NCBI GenBank assembly: GCA_964016885.1
Contig: OZ024741.1
Coordinates: 90,458,001-90,522,000 of the forward strand
DNA: 64,000 nucleotides
Direction: 5' to 3'
Source: Eledone cirrhosa
Lineage: Eukaryota
The notes beneath the pieces were generated by a model. That model searched no databases, was not told the origin of the DNA, and saw only the letters and a list, made by a program, of their open reading frames with translations. Made by a program: the position numbers and the translations under genes. How positions within the stretch are numbered: the first letter of the stretch is position 1; each line of letters opens with the position of its first letter. Positions 29,390 through 42,849 of this stretch are shown one piece after another.

Positions 29390-29987
29390 TTCCCTTGCTT
29401 TTATCGAGAATCTAATTGTAATACGTGACGTATTCTATTCTATAGCGATTAGGTCTTCAAAATGTTTATTATAAACATACAGAATATTTTCGAATATTCT
29501 ATGTCTATACTCACATATATATCGCTATTTCAGAGCATTTATTCCAATATATATATATATATATTATATATATGTATATATATGTATGTATGTATATATG
29601 TATAGGTATAGAAACAAAAATATATAAAAAGAATCACTACACCAGTAGTCGACGCATGTTACAGTTCTTCTCTGACTACACATGTACAGAGATGATATCA
29701 TTTTGACATTGATGAAAGATGATCTTGGACAATGTTGCTAACAGTGAAATAAACTCGCCCACCAAACCACTTTCTGACTCTCACTCACCACCCTATATAT
29801 CGCTTTGATTGTTCATTTATTTATTTTTCAGGATTTCTTCTTGTGAGAAGTTAATCTAAATATGTAGGAGTGAGTATATGTAAGTGTATAGGTACACTGC
29901 ATAATTATGTATATATGTGAATATGTGCGTTTACAAACACATACAATGATACACCCAGACAGGCTGATACACACACATTATATTTAC

Positions 29988-30178
29988 GGCGGTGATTTGG
30001 CAGTATCGGTAGAAGGTCGGACGCCATGCTTTGACGCAAAGAGTTACATCCCTTTACGATCTGAGTTCAAATCCCGCCGAGGTTAACTTTGCCTTTCATC
30101 CTTACGGGGTCGATAAAGTAAAGTACCAGTAATGTACTAGGTAATTGCTGGCCTTGTGCCAAAAGTAGAAACAATTAT
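29988..30178 (+). mobile_element. tRNA-derived SINE, full length
   Basis: GGCGGTGATTTGGCAGTATCGGTAGA (A-box) ... GAGTTCAAATCCC (B-box) ... core ... GTAGAAACAATTAT. Confidence 0.85.
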
Positions 30179-30370
30179 ATTTATATGAATTTTTAGGCTC
30201 TTCTGTACACGTTTGCCGTCCCCAAGGGTACTTTACACGACTTTTTCAATCACTACTTATAGTGATCGACTGCTCTTATCGTTTTCTTCGTTGAGGCGTC
30301 TAAAATATAATTACAAAATTTCACAATGATTCTTAAGTCTACCGAATGATATATATATAAGTAGAAACAG

Positions 30371-30406
<36 letters not shown>

Positions 30407-30594
30407 TACAAAAAGCTGCAATATTTATTGTCAATTTATATATATATATATATATATACACATGAACTTATGTATATGTGTTTGCGTGCATGGCAATGTT
30501 GGTTCCCTCCTCTCTCTCTATATATAAGTCTGTATATGCACACACGCGCGTGCGCGCACACACACTCACACATACATATATACATATATATGAA

Positions 30595-30664
<70 letters not shown>

Positions 30665-30666
<2 letters not shown>

Positions 30667-30890
30667 AACGAGTAGGACCCCGACGGCTGAGCTCAAGCCG
30701 TTTCGACGGCTAATTCTGGAGTCCAGAATTAGCCGTCGAAACGGCTTGAGCTCAGAGAATTAGCCGTCGAAACGGCTTGAGCTCAGCCGTCGGGGTCCTA
30801 CTCGTTGCTATTACCCACTCTACTACCCTAAGTATTGAGTACTTTGGTGCATTATGGTCTATCTGGTTCCGTACCACATTTCCTTCGTTA
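30665..30890. repeat. GC-rich fold-back repeat (second copy 36405-36620, opposite orientation)
   Basis: GTAGGACCCCGACGGCTGAGCTCAAGCCGTTTCGACGGCTAATTCTGG and its reverse complement, embedded in (TA)n. Confidence 0.8.
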
Positions 30891-30892
30891 TC

Positions 30893-30954
<62 letters not shown>

Positions 30955-30958
<4 letters not shown>

Positions 30959-31248
30959 ATATTAACAAATGGAAACTATATTTATAAATCCATATTTATT
31001 TCATTATACATATTTCAAGGACACCAGTTTATAAAACTGATCTATATTATATTTTATCTGATGAAAGCGCACCATAATTTGCTTTGGTGTGCTTGAAATA
31101 TGTATAATTAAATAGATATGGTTTTATGAATATAGTTTCCATTTGTTAATATATTGTATTTTTACTCCAAAAATTTGTTGAGTGCTTTATATCAGTTATA
31201 AAAATATTTGCTTGTTGTATCCCAACAAATTAAATAGAACTTCTACAT
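30955..31248 (+). mobile_element. Fold-back PLE-like element, family of 645-1085, with an HHR-like core at 31058-31105
   Basis: CTGATGA-AAGCGCACCA(TAATTTGCTT)TGGTGTGCTT-GAAA-TATG-TA, plus an inverted 5' stub at 30955-31026. Confidence 0.65.
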
Positions 31249-31269
31249 ATATATACATATATATATAAA

Positions 31270-31465
31270 AGGTGAATTGGCAAAGTCGTTTAGAATGCTT
31301 TCTGATATTCGTTGCGGCTCTCTGAGTTCAAATCCTACCGGGGTCAACTTTGCCTTTCATCCTTTCGAGGTCGATAAAAAAGAAATCTGGTGGAAGAAAT
31401 CTGCTGTACTCCGGCCTCGAGAGAGAGAGAGATGGGCTCTGCCAGGCTTAAAATGCCAAAGAAAC
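31270..31465 (+). mobile_element. tRNA-derived SINE variant
   Basis: GAGTTCAAATCC B-box and CTTTGCCTTTCATCCTTTCGAGGTCGATAAA core. Confidence 0.7.
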
Positions 31466-31466
31466 G

Positions 31467-31539
<73 letters not shown>

Positions 31540-31540
<1 letters not shown>

Positions 31541-33090
31541 CTTCGAGAGGTGGATCTCCTAAACCTGGTCACCACAGTATCTTCTGGGAGCGGTAACTAA
31601 TTTTTTGGAGGCTGAGGTCACAAGAGCAGTTAAAAAGATCAAATGTGGCAAGGACACTGGGGAACATGAAATCTGGCCTGAGATGTTAGAAGCCTTAAAT
31701 AGAGATGGTATTCTCTTGCTGACTTGTGTGTGCCGGGCGGCCTGGATGTCTGGAAAGGCACCTAAGCAATGGTAATCGGGAATGATAATCCTAATTTTGA
31801 AAAAGGGAGATGAGACAGATTGTTCCAATTACAGATGGATCTCCTTGTTAAGCCTTCCAGGTAAAGTTTATGGTAAGTGTCTGGCAAAGAGATGCAGATA
31901 GATTGTCGCGTCGAAACTAGCTGAGGAACAGTGTGGTTTTTACCCAGATGTTGCACAGCCGTCCAAATATTCACATTGCGACATGTCTTCGAGGAATCGT
32001 GGGAGTATTATCAAGAGGTATATTATTATTTTGTCGAGCTTGAAAAGGCATATGACCACGTTTCTCAGGACCTGCTGTGGAAGGTTCTTTAGGAGTATGG
32101 GATCGATGGTCAGCTTCTTGCTGTCCCAATGTCTCTATACGAATGTCCGAGTATTTGTGTCGGATATATGGTGCTAAATATAATTCAATGTGGGAGTCGG
32201 ACTCCGCCAAGGGTGCGTACTGTCACCTATCCTGTTCATTATTTACATGAACAGGATTGACATGTGCAGCCGGGTTGGAAGTGGTATCAATACTGGCGGG
32301 TGTAAAATCAGTCGGCTAGAATTTGCAGGCGCTATGGTGTTATTTAACTCGACAGAAGGTGATCTCCAACTTGACTTGCACTTGATAGGTTTGATGCCGA
32401 GTGCTGCATGGGTGGAATAAAAATCAGTGCTGCGAAAACTGAGACATTCGTCCTCTCAAGGAATCCTGTGCAGTGAACTCTACATGTGAATGGTGTTCCA
32501 CTGAAGCAGGTGGAGAAGTTCAAGTGTTCCGGGGCCGTGTTAACGTGTGAATGAATTAAGTGCAAGAATTACACGAGCTGGTGCAGTAATGCACCTGCTT
32601 CAGCATTCAGTAATCAGAAGACGGGAGGTAGGTATAAAAGCCAAACTCGCTATCTTCAATTCGGTATTTGTGCCAACCCTTACATGAATCTTGGATAATG
32701 ACCAAAAGAATACGATCGTGAATACAAGCAGCTGAAATGGGGTTCTTCTGAAGGGTCTTTGGAGTAACGTTACTCGATAGAGTGCGTAGCTCGGAAATGA
32801 GAGAGTTACTCCAGGTAGAGCTGCTACTTCTCCAGATTAAGAGATCACAGCTCCGATACTATGGGCATGTGATTAGAACGTTCCAGGAAAGTATCGCTGG
32901 ACAGATTTTACGGGCAAAACCAACCGGCAGGAGAACTAGGGGTAGACATCGAGCAAGATGGTTGGATAACATCCATGAGCTCGGCTGGTCTCACTTGGGG
33001 AACCATCTCGATCAACTTGAGGTGGTTGCCTCTGACAGGACACGCTGGAGAAGGAGTCTTTGAGGACTCAGCCCACACGACTCTCCCAGG
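31540..33090 (+). mobile_element. RTE-clade LINE, RT domain to 3' end, degenerate
   Basis: IIPILKKGDETDCSNYR, LEKAYD, GVGLRQGCVLSPILFIIYM and SQLRYYGHVIR...GRRTRGRHRARWLD, with many stops. Confidence 0.9.
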
Positions 33091-33268
33091 AATACGTGGG
33101 CGAAGAATCATGGGAGGGTCGTGCGGCCTGAGTCCTCAAACACTCCTTCTCCAGCGTGTCCTGTCAGAGGCAACCACCTCAAATTGATCGAGATGGATAT
33201 CTGATTCTTCGCCCACGTATATTATATATATATATATAAATATATATAATCACACACACACACACAAA

Positions 33269-33303
<35 letters not shown>

Positions 33304-33393
33304 GTGTGCGCGCGCGTGTGTGTGTGTGTATGCATCTACACAGTACAATGAAGAAATATATTATTAGTTTTACGCTTGATATAGTAGGAAAAG

Positions 33394-33432
33394 AGTCTTA
33401 ACGTTTCGGACGCTAGTCCTTCATCAGAAACT
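33394..33432 (-). ncRNA. Minimal hammerhead ribozyme (related degenerate copy at ~9528-9555)
   Basis: AGUUU-CUGAUGA-A-GGAC(UAGC)GUCC-GAAA-CGU-UA-AGACU. Confidence 0.65.
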
Positions 33433-33761
33433 AGAATGAAAAATTAAAAATAAATAGAGGCGACTGGCAGTGACAGAAACGAAAAAAAAATTTCTTGAGT
33501 AAAAACAGGTCTATTCACGACGCTATCTGATGGAAAACCCTTGATACTGGCGTTGTTGCATAAGTTGATCTTGTTTTAAAAGGCGGTGATCGAATCCGTC
33601 TATTGTTTTGTATATACAGTGCGTACGTGACCGTGTGCATATACGTGTGAGTGTGTATTTGTTATTCGTCCGTACAAAGCTGAGAGGATATGTGTGTGTA
33701 TATGTAAGTATACGAGAGAAAGAGAGAGAGAGAGAGAGAAAGAAAGAGAGAGAGAGAGAGA

Positions 33762-33849
<88 letters not shown>

Positions 33850-33868
33850 TGTGTGTGTGTGTGCGTGC

Positions 33869-33908
<40 letters not shown>

Positions 33909-34475
33909 GTGTTTGAAGTACGAAGCTATGAGTATATGTCTCTGAATATAATGGTGTGTTTGTATGTGTATTAGTTGTTGGTCCGTACAGAGAGAAAGCG
34001 AGAGAAAGAGAGAAAGGGAGAGAGAGAGAGAGAGAGAGAGAAAAAGAGGGCGAGAGAGAGGGAGAGAGAGATGTATTATTTGCATATGTATATGCATGTA
34101 AATATATATGTGTGTATATATCTCTACTTGTATGTTCATGTATGTTCATTTATGTGTGTATGTGTATGAATGCTTTGTTGTATGTGCACGAGTTTTCCTA
34201 GTAATGAATTAACTGTTTTCGCGCAATTTCTAAATATTTTCTATTGGTCAATAAAATACATTTTAGGGTGGATCAATTCCATCCCATTTATAGCTCCCCC
34301 TTCTCTGGGTTTTCTTACTTGATTCACATTAACCTGTAAGTCCTCTAAGCAATATTGGATTTCCATTTGTGTATGGTGTGTGTGTGAGTATGTGTGTTTG
34401 TGAGTTTGTGTGTGTCTGTGAGTCTCTCTATATATATATCTCACACATATATTTGTACGTATGTATATACATATA

Positions 34476-34519
<44 letters not shown>

Positions 34520-34533
34520 GTATATATAACACA

Positions 34534-34639
<106 letters not shown>

Positions 34640-36192
34640 AAAAGAGAGAGAGAGATACAGTTAACTACATTCGAGGGAAAAATAAAGTATTTATTATTTT
34701 ACAAAAGTGATTGACAGCTATATTCGCACATATAGAGTTTCAACACACACGTACTTTTATATCTATACGCATGTATGTATGTATGTATGTATGTTTGCAT
34801 GAATGTATGAATGAATGTATGTATATATTCGTGTATCTGAGTGTATATATATATATATATATAAATATATTCACACACTCATATAAATGCATACGTACAT
34901 AGAAACATATATTCATATGCATACGTAGCCATCCATACATCTAAGTGTTTATATAGATATATACATATGTATGCATTGAAGAAAGACCGACTGGCAGTGT
35001 GAAGAAATAAATAGAATGAGAGGTGGAGAAAAAATATAGACAGATAGTATGAGTGGGACATAAAGAAATGAGAAAAGGAAAGCGAGAGTATGTGTGAGAG
35101 AGAAAATGAGGATGTGAGAGAGATCAAAATATACAACTATAGTTTTGTGTATATAACCACTCTGCGGGTTTTTAGTTTCAGATATTAGAAGTAATGCGAT
35201 GCTAATGCTAGCACTAGTGACCACCCCTTTCCGTTGTTACACTGGTCGCTTTGTTAGGGGTTTCTGCAACACCTACTTTGACTGTGCACTAACTAGCAGC
35301 CTAGTTTAGGGACTTGCCCACCGAAACACCTACCTCCACACTATCTATATAATAGTAGTGGTCCAGTCGTGTCTCGCACACATTTCTACTTTCAGCTGTA
35401 AGCAGTGGAATATGGTATTCAACACACTCATTTACCTCGGCAGTAAGAATACTTTTTCTTCTCTCACTTTTACTTCTGCTTTCGTTATCCTTTACTTCCC
35501 CTCTTACACTTTCTCGTTTAGCAAATATTAACTCTTAACAGCAGAAAATATCTAAAAACTGGGTTTCTTAAATCAAATATTTAGAGTATCTTTACTAGGG
35601 GATAAACTATTATTATGTCCATTTTCAATATTAGAGAAAAAAACATTAATTTTTAATACGTTGCAATCATGATGCTTTGTACTTTTTAAGAATGTTTTGC
35701 TAATGTGATTTCAGGTGGTACAGGAAATTAAGAGATATCTTTCTAAAAATGTTTTACTTTCCAGCAGATATTTTGAAAAATTATGAAAGGAAGAATTAAT
35801 TGCATTTTCTTAGTGTGTTCTTGTGATTGCCTGCTTTAAGATAAACAACATAGGCACCGGTTCATAATGCATGTACTAAAATATTGTTGTACATTGTTTA
35901 GACTTAGTCCAGTTTTTAATCAAGAATACCAACTTATAAAAGTATTCCGTGTCATGACCATGTCAACTGATGTTCAGACATGGTATCTTGGACTACATGT
36001 ATTCAATGAGTCTGTTTTACATACTTATATATTTTCTTCTTTTAAGATGGTAAGGTGCGAAAAAGACATACATGCAAGCATACATACAAACATACGTACG
36101 TACGTACATACATCCATATATACATACATATATATATATGTATATATATTTATCTCTCTCTCTCTATATATATATATATGGATATATATACA

Positions 36193-36342
<150 letters not shown>

Positions 36343-36365
36343 CATGCATACGTGCATACACATAC

Positions 36366-36404
<39 letters not shown>

Positions 36405-36409
<5 letters not shown>

Positions 36410-36616
36410 CGAAGGAAATGTGGTAAGGAACCAGATGACCATAACGCACCAAAGTACTCAATACTTAGGGTAGTAGAGTGGGTAATATGAACGGGTAGGA
36501 CCCCGACGGCTGAGCTCAAGCCGTTTCGACGGCTAATTCTGGACTAAAAAGTCCAGAATTTTAGTCCAGAATTAGCCGTCGAAACGGCTTGAGCTCAGCC
36601 GTCGGGGTCCTACCCG

Positions 36617-36620
<4 letters not shown>
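36405..36620. repeat. Second copy of the GC-rich fold-back repeat
   Basis: Reverse-complement match to 30665-30890, with an internal palindrome at 36487-36620. Confidence 0.8.
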
Positions 36621-36666
<46 letters not shown>

Positions 36667-37051
36667 CATATGTAATATATACATTTAATTTTGAATTACA
36701 CACCTGTAATTTGTACATATGTCTGTATGTGATGTGCTTGTTTGTGTGTGTGTGTGTGTGGGGGGGGGGTCTATAACATGCCGGCGTTATCTCTGTCTCC
36801 CTCGCACCGTCTTTTCCCCTTTCCCCCTCTGTAGCTAAGTATCTATCTACCCATCCATACACAGATGTCTATATAAGCACTTGCTTCAACTTTCTTAGCA
36901 GGTGGTCTCATCTCTATTCTCAAGGTTATTGAATTTGTTTTTTCAGTGGTTGAGTAGTTAGTTAGAGGGATTATGTAATAACAGACAACGAGTTCGTGTT
37001 CCAAAGCAAACATGATAGATAATTTATCTTCCTATTCTGATTCTACTCTGC

Positions 37052-37113
<62 letters not shown>

Positions 37114-37146
37114 GAAAATTGCAAACTTGACTGTCACCACATATTA

Positions 37147-37185
37147 TGAACCTGAAGATTGCGAAAGCATGAAAGTATTTGTTCA
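37147..37185 (+). ncRNA. Minimal hammerhead ribozyme (CUGAAGA core)
   Basis: UGAAC-CUGAAGA-UUGC(GAAA)GCAU-GAAA-GUAU-UU-GUUCA. Confidence 0.7.
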
Positions 37186-37355
37186 ATTAACACTTAGAAT
37201 TTAATATTCTATCATACTATTTCATTATAATACCATTATAAATTTTAAAGGATTGTAAATAAAACGAGTAAATCAGACAAAGTTGGAATTCCTCTTATTA
37301 ATATAATCTTCTATACACAATCATACACACCCGTGTATATTTATCTATCTATCTA

Positions 37356-37393
<38 letters not shown>

Positions 37394-37416
37394 ATATATA
37401 TATATATATGTGTATG

Positions 37417-37470
<54 letters not shown>

Positions 37471-37542
37471 CATATTTCTCTCTCTCTCTATCTCTCTCTC
37501 TCTATATATATAATATATATATATACATATATATATAAATAA

Positions 37543-37663
<121 letters not shown>

Positions 37664-37959
37664 GTGATACCAGGTAAAAGCCGACGTTATTGGCTGATCG
37701 TGATTATAATTATAGTAGTGGTTGTGGTGATGAGGATGATAACAATGATCATATTACACATACGCATACAATTATATAGTAGATACACATATACACACAG
37801 GTACAGCCCTGCCACACACCACATTTATATGGTGACGCATTGAGAAAATCGTTATATTGTTCGATATAATACTTTGCGGTATTTGTTGCGAGCCCCTGCC
37901 TTCAGACTTCAAGTCACACCCAGATCATCTTTGACTTCTTCTTTTCTGCGACACTAAAT

Positions 37960-38144
37960 ATAATTGTTTCTACTTTTGGCACAAAGCCAGCAATTACTCA
38001 GTGTATTACTGGTACTTTACTTTATCGACCCCGTAAGGGTGAAAGGCAAAGTTAACCTCGGCGGGATTTGAACTCACAATGGCAAGGGACGTAACTCAAT
38101 GTGTCAAAGCATGGCGTCCGACCCTACCAATACTGCCAATCCAC
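37960..38144 (-). mobile_element. tRNA-derived SINE, full length
   Basis: Near-identical to 25423-25610. Confidence 0.85.
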
Positions 38145-38924
38145 TCGAGGGTGGTGGATTGGTGGAATTGTGAATACTTTTTGGTATCCATTCCGGTTCA
38201 CCATTCCTTATTTTAACCTGCAATTAACTCATGATTGTGCAGTCCAAAATCTAATTTCATGCAGATTTAAATATTATTTTGTGCAGTAAATTTACATTTT
38301 TTGTAAAACACTACATGCACTTACATCATAAAAGATGGTTAAAAGACTTAAAACACGCACAAAAGCTTAAAAATAGCAATTACAAATACTTCACAAACTC
38401 AGAGAATATCAAATATTGAATCAAGGTATCCGCTCGAAGATTTGAGCATTTCTAAAATTTCCTTTAAACTTTGTGTAGTTCTACAAATTCCCTAATCATT
38501 TCCTTAAAATAAACACCGCAGCTCCCTGCGTACTCACAGCAACGACTGCGTTGACAGTAGTGCCAATCTACACCGGTTCTTAACATTCCTTTGACGTGGA
38601 GAGAGGGGATTTCTGCTTACATGTTCAACTGGTGGTTTACATTAAAACAAAAACTTTGTGCCGGCCGGCACCTTGGAGAAAATTTTCCACAGGTGCTGAT
38701 ACATGCTGATATATCTCGAGATATACGGAGGCCGTGGATTCCACATCCCTCTATCTCTCTTCGTGTATATATATATATAGGGCTCCAGTATGTTAATTCT
38801 TTTTCAATTATCAAAATAGACCACACAATATGAAAAGGAGTGAAAGACGTGCTTGCAGAGCGAATTATCTTTACTTAAGTAGTTAAATGTTACCCATATA
38901 TACATCCCTTTTCCTTTCCTCTGG

Positions 38925-39007
<83 letters not shown>

Positions 39008-39456
39008 ATGATACGTTTCAATTCTTTGAATTGAGCTCGTTCCATCGATCGGATTTAGATCTCAGCAGCGGTTAAGTGTTACCTGTTGAATGAATTTTAA
39101 ACATATTTTGCGTATATTCGCTGTTCCCTGAAAGTATGAAAGGCAGACCAATGTTTAAAATGATAATATTAATTTCTCAAAATATTACTAAAATAATTAG
39201 ATGGTTATGTCGAAATATTGAAAAGTTATAATCTGTTGCATTATTTGGAGTTTATTGATGATATCTAACTGAGCGGTTCACGGGGAACAAAATGCAAGGT
39301 TGAAAATGGCGAGCTTTGGATCGAGAGAAAGTAAACTGATATTAACTATGGTGCATTTGTGTCAATGTTTCGGACAACATTATCTCCTTATCAAAATAGC
39401 TGTAAAATACTGATAGATTTAACTATTAGTGTATGCAGCAGTTACCAGCAGCTGCA

Positions 39457-39492
<36 letters not shown>

Positions 39493-40576
39493 GGGTGGGG
39501 GTTGTACGTACACTGTTTCGATTGCTTTCATATGAACGCAGTAGAAAATACATTGTATTGAGCAAGGCACTTTATTTCACGTTGCTTCAATCCGCATTCC
39601 TGGAAAAAATGAATTGTACCTGTGGTATAAAGGGCCAGCCATGTCACACACTGTGTCATGCTGAATCTCCGAATCTCCCAGAGAAGAAGGTCAAAAGTAT
39701 AGGTGTTTTGGGGATGCTCAGTCATTTACATGTTAATTTTACGAGCAGGCTTTTTCGTTGTTCAAACAGCTAGAACACTCAACGAAATTGATGGCAGCCT
39801 AACTACAACAACACCATCAACAAACGTATATTTTTCTGGATAAAAAATCTTCATGTTAGGAAGTCTTTTCCAGGAAACAGGACCACTAAAAGGAGATTCA
39901 GTTGGTATATCTGTCCAGGGCCCGAAAAATGAAGAAAGAACTTTTGAGTAACTGAGTCCGTCCCCCACTGAAAACTCTCTCAGACCTCTTGAATTTTGAG
40001 AAGTGCTTCCTCACTTCTCATTGAACCCGAAAGATGTAAATTTCTCACGGAAGCCCTGGCATGTTGATATATTTCCTCGATAATGGCAGTTTTGATTTAT
40101 GCACAGAGGTTTTTGTTGTTATCGCTTCTGTTGCCACTTTTGTTATTGTTGTTGCTGCTGTTGTTTCCACTGCTGTTGTTTAATACCTATTAAAATTTAG
40201 TTTAACAGAAATATGATTAACTGCATTTTAACCATAACCATATCGTCTTTTATGCACAATTAGGATTGCTGAATCCCCTTAAGTGTTACGTGAAAAGTAT
40301 ACGTGTCTGAAATGCCAAACCCCTTGCACGTTAATTTCACGAGTAGGCTGTTTCGTTGTTCGAACAAGTGGAACACCTATCGTTGCAATCGATGAAGGTT
40401 CAGCTTCAATGAATCTTTCAAAAAATATAACATGTTCTATCTTACATCAGTGAGCTGTACTTCACAATGTACCTCATAACAGCTTGGTTGAGCGAACCAG
40501 CAAGAGAAGATTGTCTAATGACAGCCAGTTTGACTGAACCAACATGGGCTACGCATATTGACCATAAGTATTATTG

Positions 40577-40762
40577 TGGATTGGCAGAATCGGTAGAGGG
40601 TCTGACGTCATGCTTTGCAACAACGAGTTACGGCCCTTTGTGGTCTGAGTTCAAATCCCGCTGAGGTTAACTTTGCCTTTCATCCTTACAGGGTCGATAA
40701 AATAAAGCACCAGTAATGCACTGGGATAATTGCTGGCCTTGTGCCAAATGTAGAAACAATTA
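40577..40762 (+). mobile_element. tRNA-derived SINE, full length
   Basis: A/B boxes, core and tail as in 29988-30178. Confidence 0.85.
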
Positions 40763-42030
40763 TAAGCGATATGAGGAGGATCATCAACTTGTCAAATAAC
40801 AGTGAGGCACCATAACAGCTCAACCAGCTGCAGAGTTTTTATTTAATTAAAATGTGATTTCCATCTTAGGTTCATTTTCTAGAAGTATATGAAAAACGAA
40901 CTTGGAACAACGGATTAGATTATTTCAAGACGAAAGTCAATGAATTCGACAGTTTGGTTTCCTGTTCTAGATTCTGTAACATATTGGTGTTGTATTGTGA
41001 TGTTTTACAAGATTATACTCTAACCATTTATGGTATATTATCGTATGCCGCATTTAACAATCTGTACAGTGTAATATGTTGTTGACATTTGGTGTTATTA
41101 TTTAGGAAAAGCATAGAATAAACAATGGGGCTTGTACATCACACACGCATGCACTCACACACATCAGCATACATAATTATAAATATACCCATTACTCAAA
41201 TACTTTTGCGTTCCAAACATTCGCGGCATTAATTCACTGTCTAATACAAGATCCCTGGAATCAGAATGTACTGCTATGATGGAATACATCCTTAATGGAA
41301 ACATAACCACAAATAATAAATGCTATTAACCATTGATAGGAACCTCACAAATATAACGCACCAAAAATATACGCGAAGAGACAAAATAAAAGAAACAAAA
41401 TAAAAAGGAAGGGGGACGAAAAAAATAAAAAACGACCATCAATTCACTGCCAAATAGTTTTTTTTTAATCGGATTAGAAAGAGAGAAGAAATAAAAATTA
41501 AAAACAAACCAACACGTGTTGCTCCCCACACGGATATACACAGATATATGTGTGTATTTGACATACCAACACACATATGTACGTGGGTATACATGTATGT
41601 GTGTATATGTATGTGGTATGCTAATATTATGCCATTCCTTGGAGCAAGCATACCCATTTACAGGCTTTTTCATCCCATTGAATGAGAGCCGTACAGAGCT
41701 GATATACTAGTCGCGAATTATTAAACATTATAGTTCTCCATACGTAACTCAACACGCGAAGCCCATAAAGATGTTGATCCTGATATCGATGAAGGAAATT
41801 TGCCTGCATCAGATACCAACCCTCTTGAGTTAATGAATTTTTATCTTAAACATTTACCAAGCTGCTTCATCACTTCTAGCACATTCTCAAATCCACTAGA
41901 CTCTATCCATATCTACATTGTACGCTTGGATTATTTGATTACCAAATAGTCAAACATTCGCGGCATTAACTCACAGTTTAATCCATGATGCTGGGAAGCA
42001 GTATGTGCTGTTATGATGGAATACATCCTA

Positions 42031-42849
42031 TTGGGCTGGGGAATAAGTCGTGACCGTTTTTCAAAATGTTTTATTGTCATAGTTTTACAATGTTAAATTG
42101 CATAAAACTAGTCAACAAGATAATCTCCGTTGTTGTTGATGACCTCCTCCCATCGTTCAATAGGTTTATCTATGCCTTGACGATAAAAGCTTGGCGATTT
42201 TGAACTGAAGAATTGGTTCAACCAAGCGCTCAAGTCCACATCATTATTGAACGATACACCGCGCAATGCATTCGAAAGTGATCGAAAGAGGTGGAAATCT
42301 GATGGTGCCAAGTCTGGAGAGTATGGTGGATGTGTTAAGCGATGTCTAGCGAGCAAACTGGCGGAAATCGTGGAGCACTCAAAGCGTGTGGCACTCATGC
42401 GCCAAGTTTCTGAACTTTGCTCATTGAGTGAAGATGATTTACCACAGTTTTATGGTCACAATTCATCTGTTCGGCCAATTCTCTGGCCGTCTGACGTGGA
42501 ATTTCGTGAAGAAGTTGGTTTAATCGTTCCTTATCTATCTTATCGCTCAAAATCTTTAAAGAGTAAAAACCAACGGCGGGCGGTACGTTGATGCATTGCT
42601 CCTTCTCCATACACGTCACAAATCTCACGAGCAGCTTTGGCGGCGTTAAAACCTCGATTAAATGCAAAAAGCAAAAGGTGTCGAAAATGCTCAATTCTGT
42701 TCACTTGACATTCCATTTTAATGCTCTGAAACTGAACGAAAAGCAATAAAATCTCATTGACCAAACATAAAACATTTGCAAATGTGTTCCGTTTCTCCAT
42801 ACATTTTTCTAATTTGAAAGAAACGGTCACGACTTATTCCCCAACCTAA
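42031..42849 (-). mobile_element. mariner (Tc1/mariner) transposon, internally deleted
   Basis: ~29-bp TIRs TTGGGCTGGGGAATAAGTCGTGACCGTTT / AAACGGTCACGACTTATTCCCCAACCTAA with TA duplication. Transposase pieces HFRHLLLFAFNRG and HPPYSPDLAPSDFHLFRSL. Confidence 0.92.

Larger units (their letters stand above)
26122..29548. mobile_element. Palindromic tandem array of 310-bp HHR-bearing units (candidate non-LTR retrozyme / PLE pLTR array)
   Basis: Exact 310-bp period (CATTTTGAAG at 26161, 26471, 26781 ... 28021). ~6.5 units in one orientation, inversion at ~28149-28151, then ~4.5 inverted units. (TA)n on both sides. Confidence 0.92.

Noticed and set aside
26122-29548. CRISPR array or protein-coding repeat
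   Set aside because: Units are identical over their whole length (no unique spacers), the context is eukaryotic, and the track has no ORF here.
29645-29679. HHR relic on the minus strand (GTAGTC/GACTAC stem); similar relics at ~3370-3410, ~20915-20945 and ~44851
   Set aside because: Catalytic core is mutated or truncated and cannot be distinguished from chance.
29988-30075. tRNA gene
   Set aside because: A/B boxes belong to a multi-copy SINE head, and there is no complete cloverleaf.
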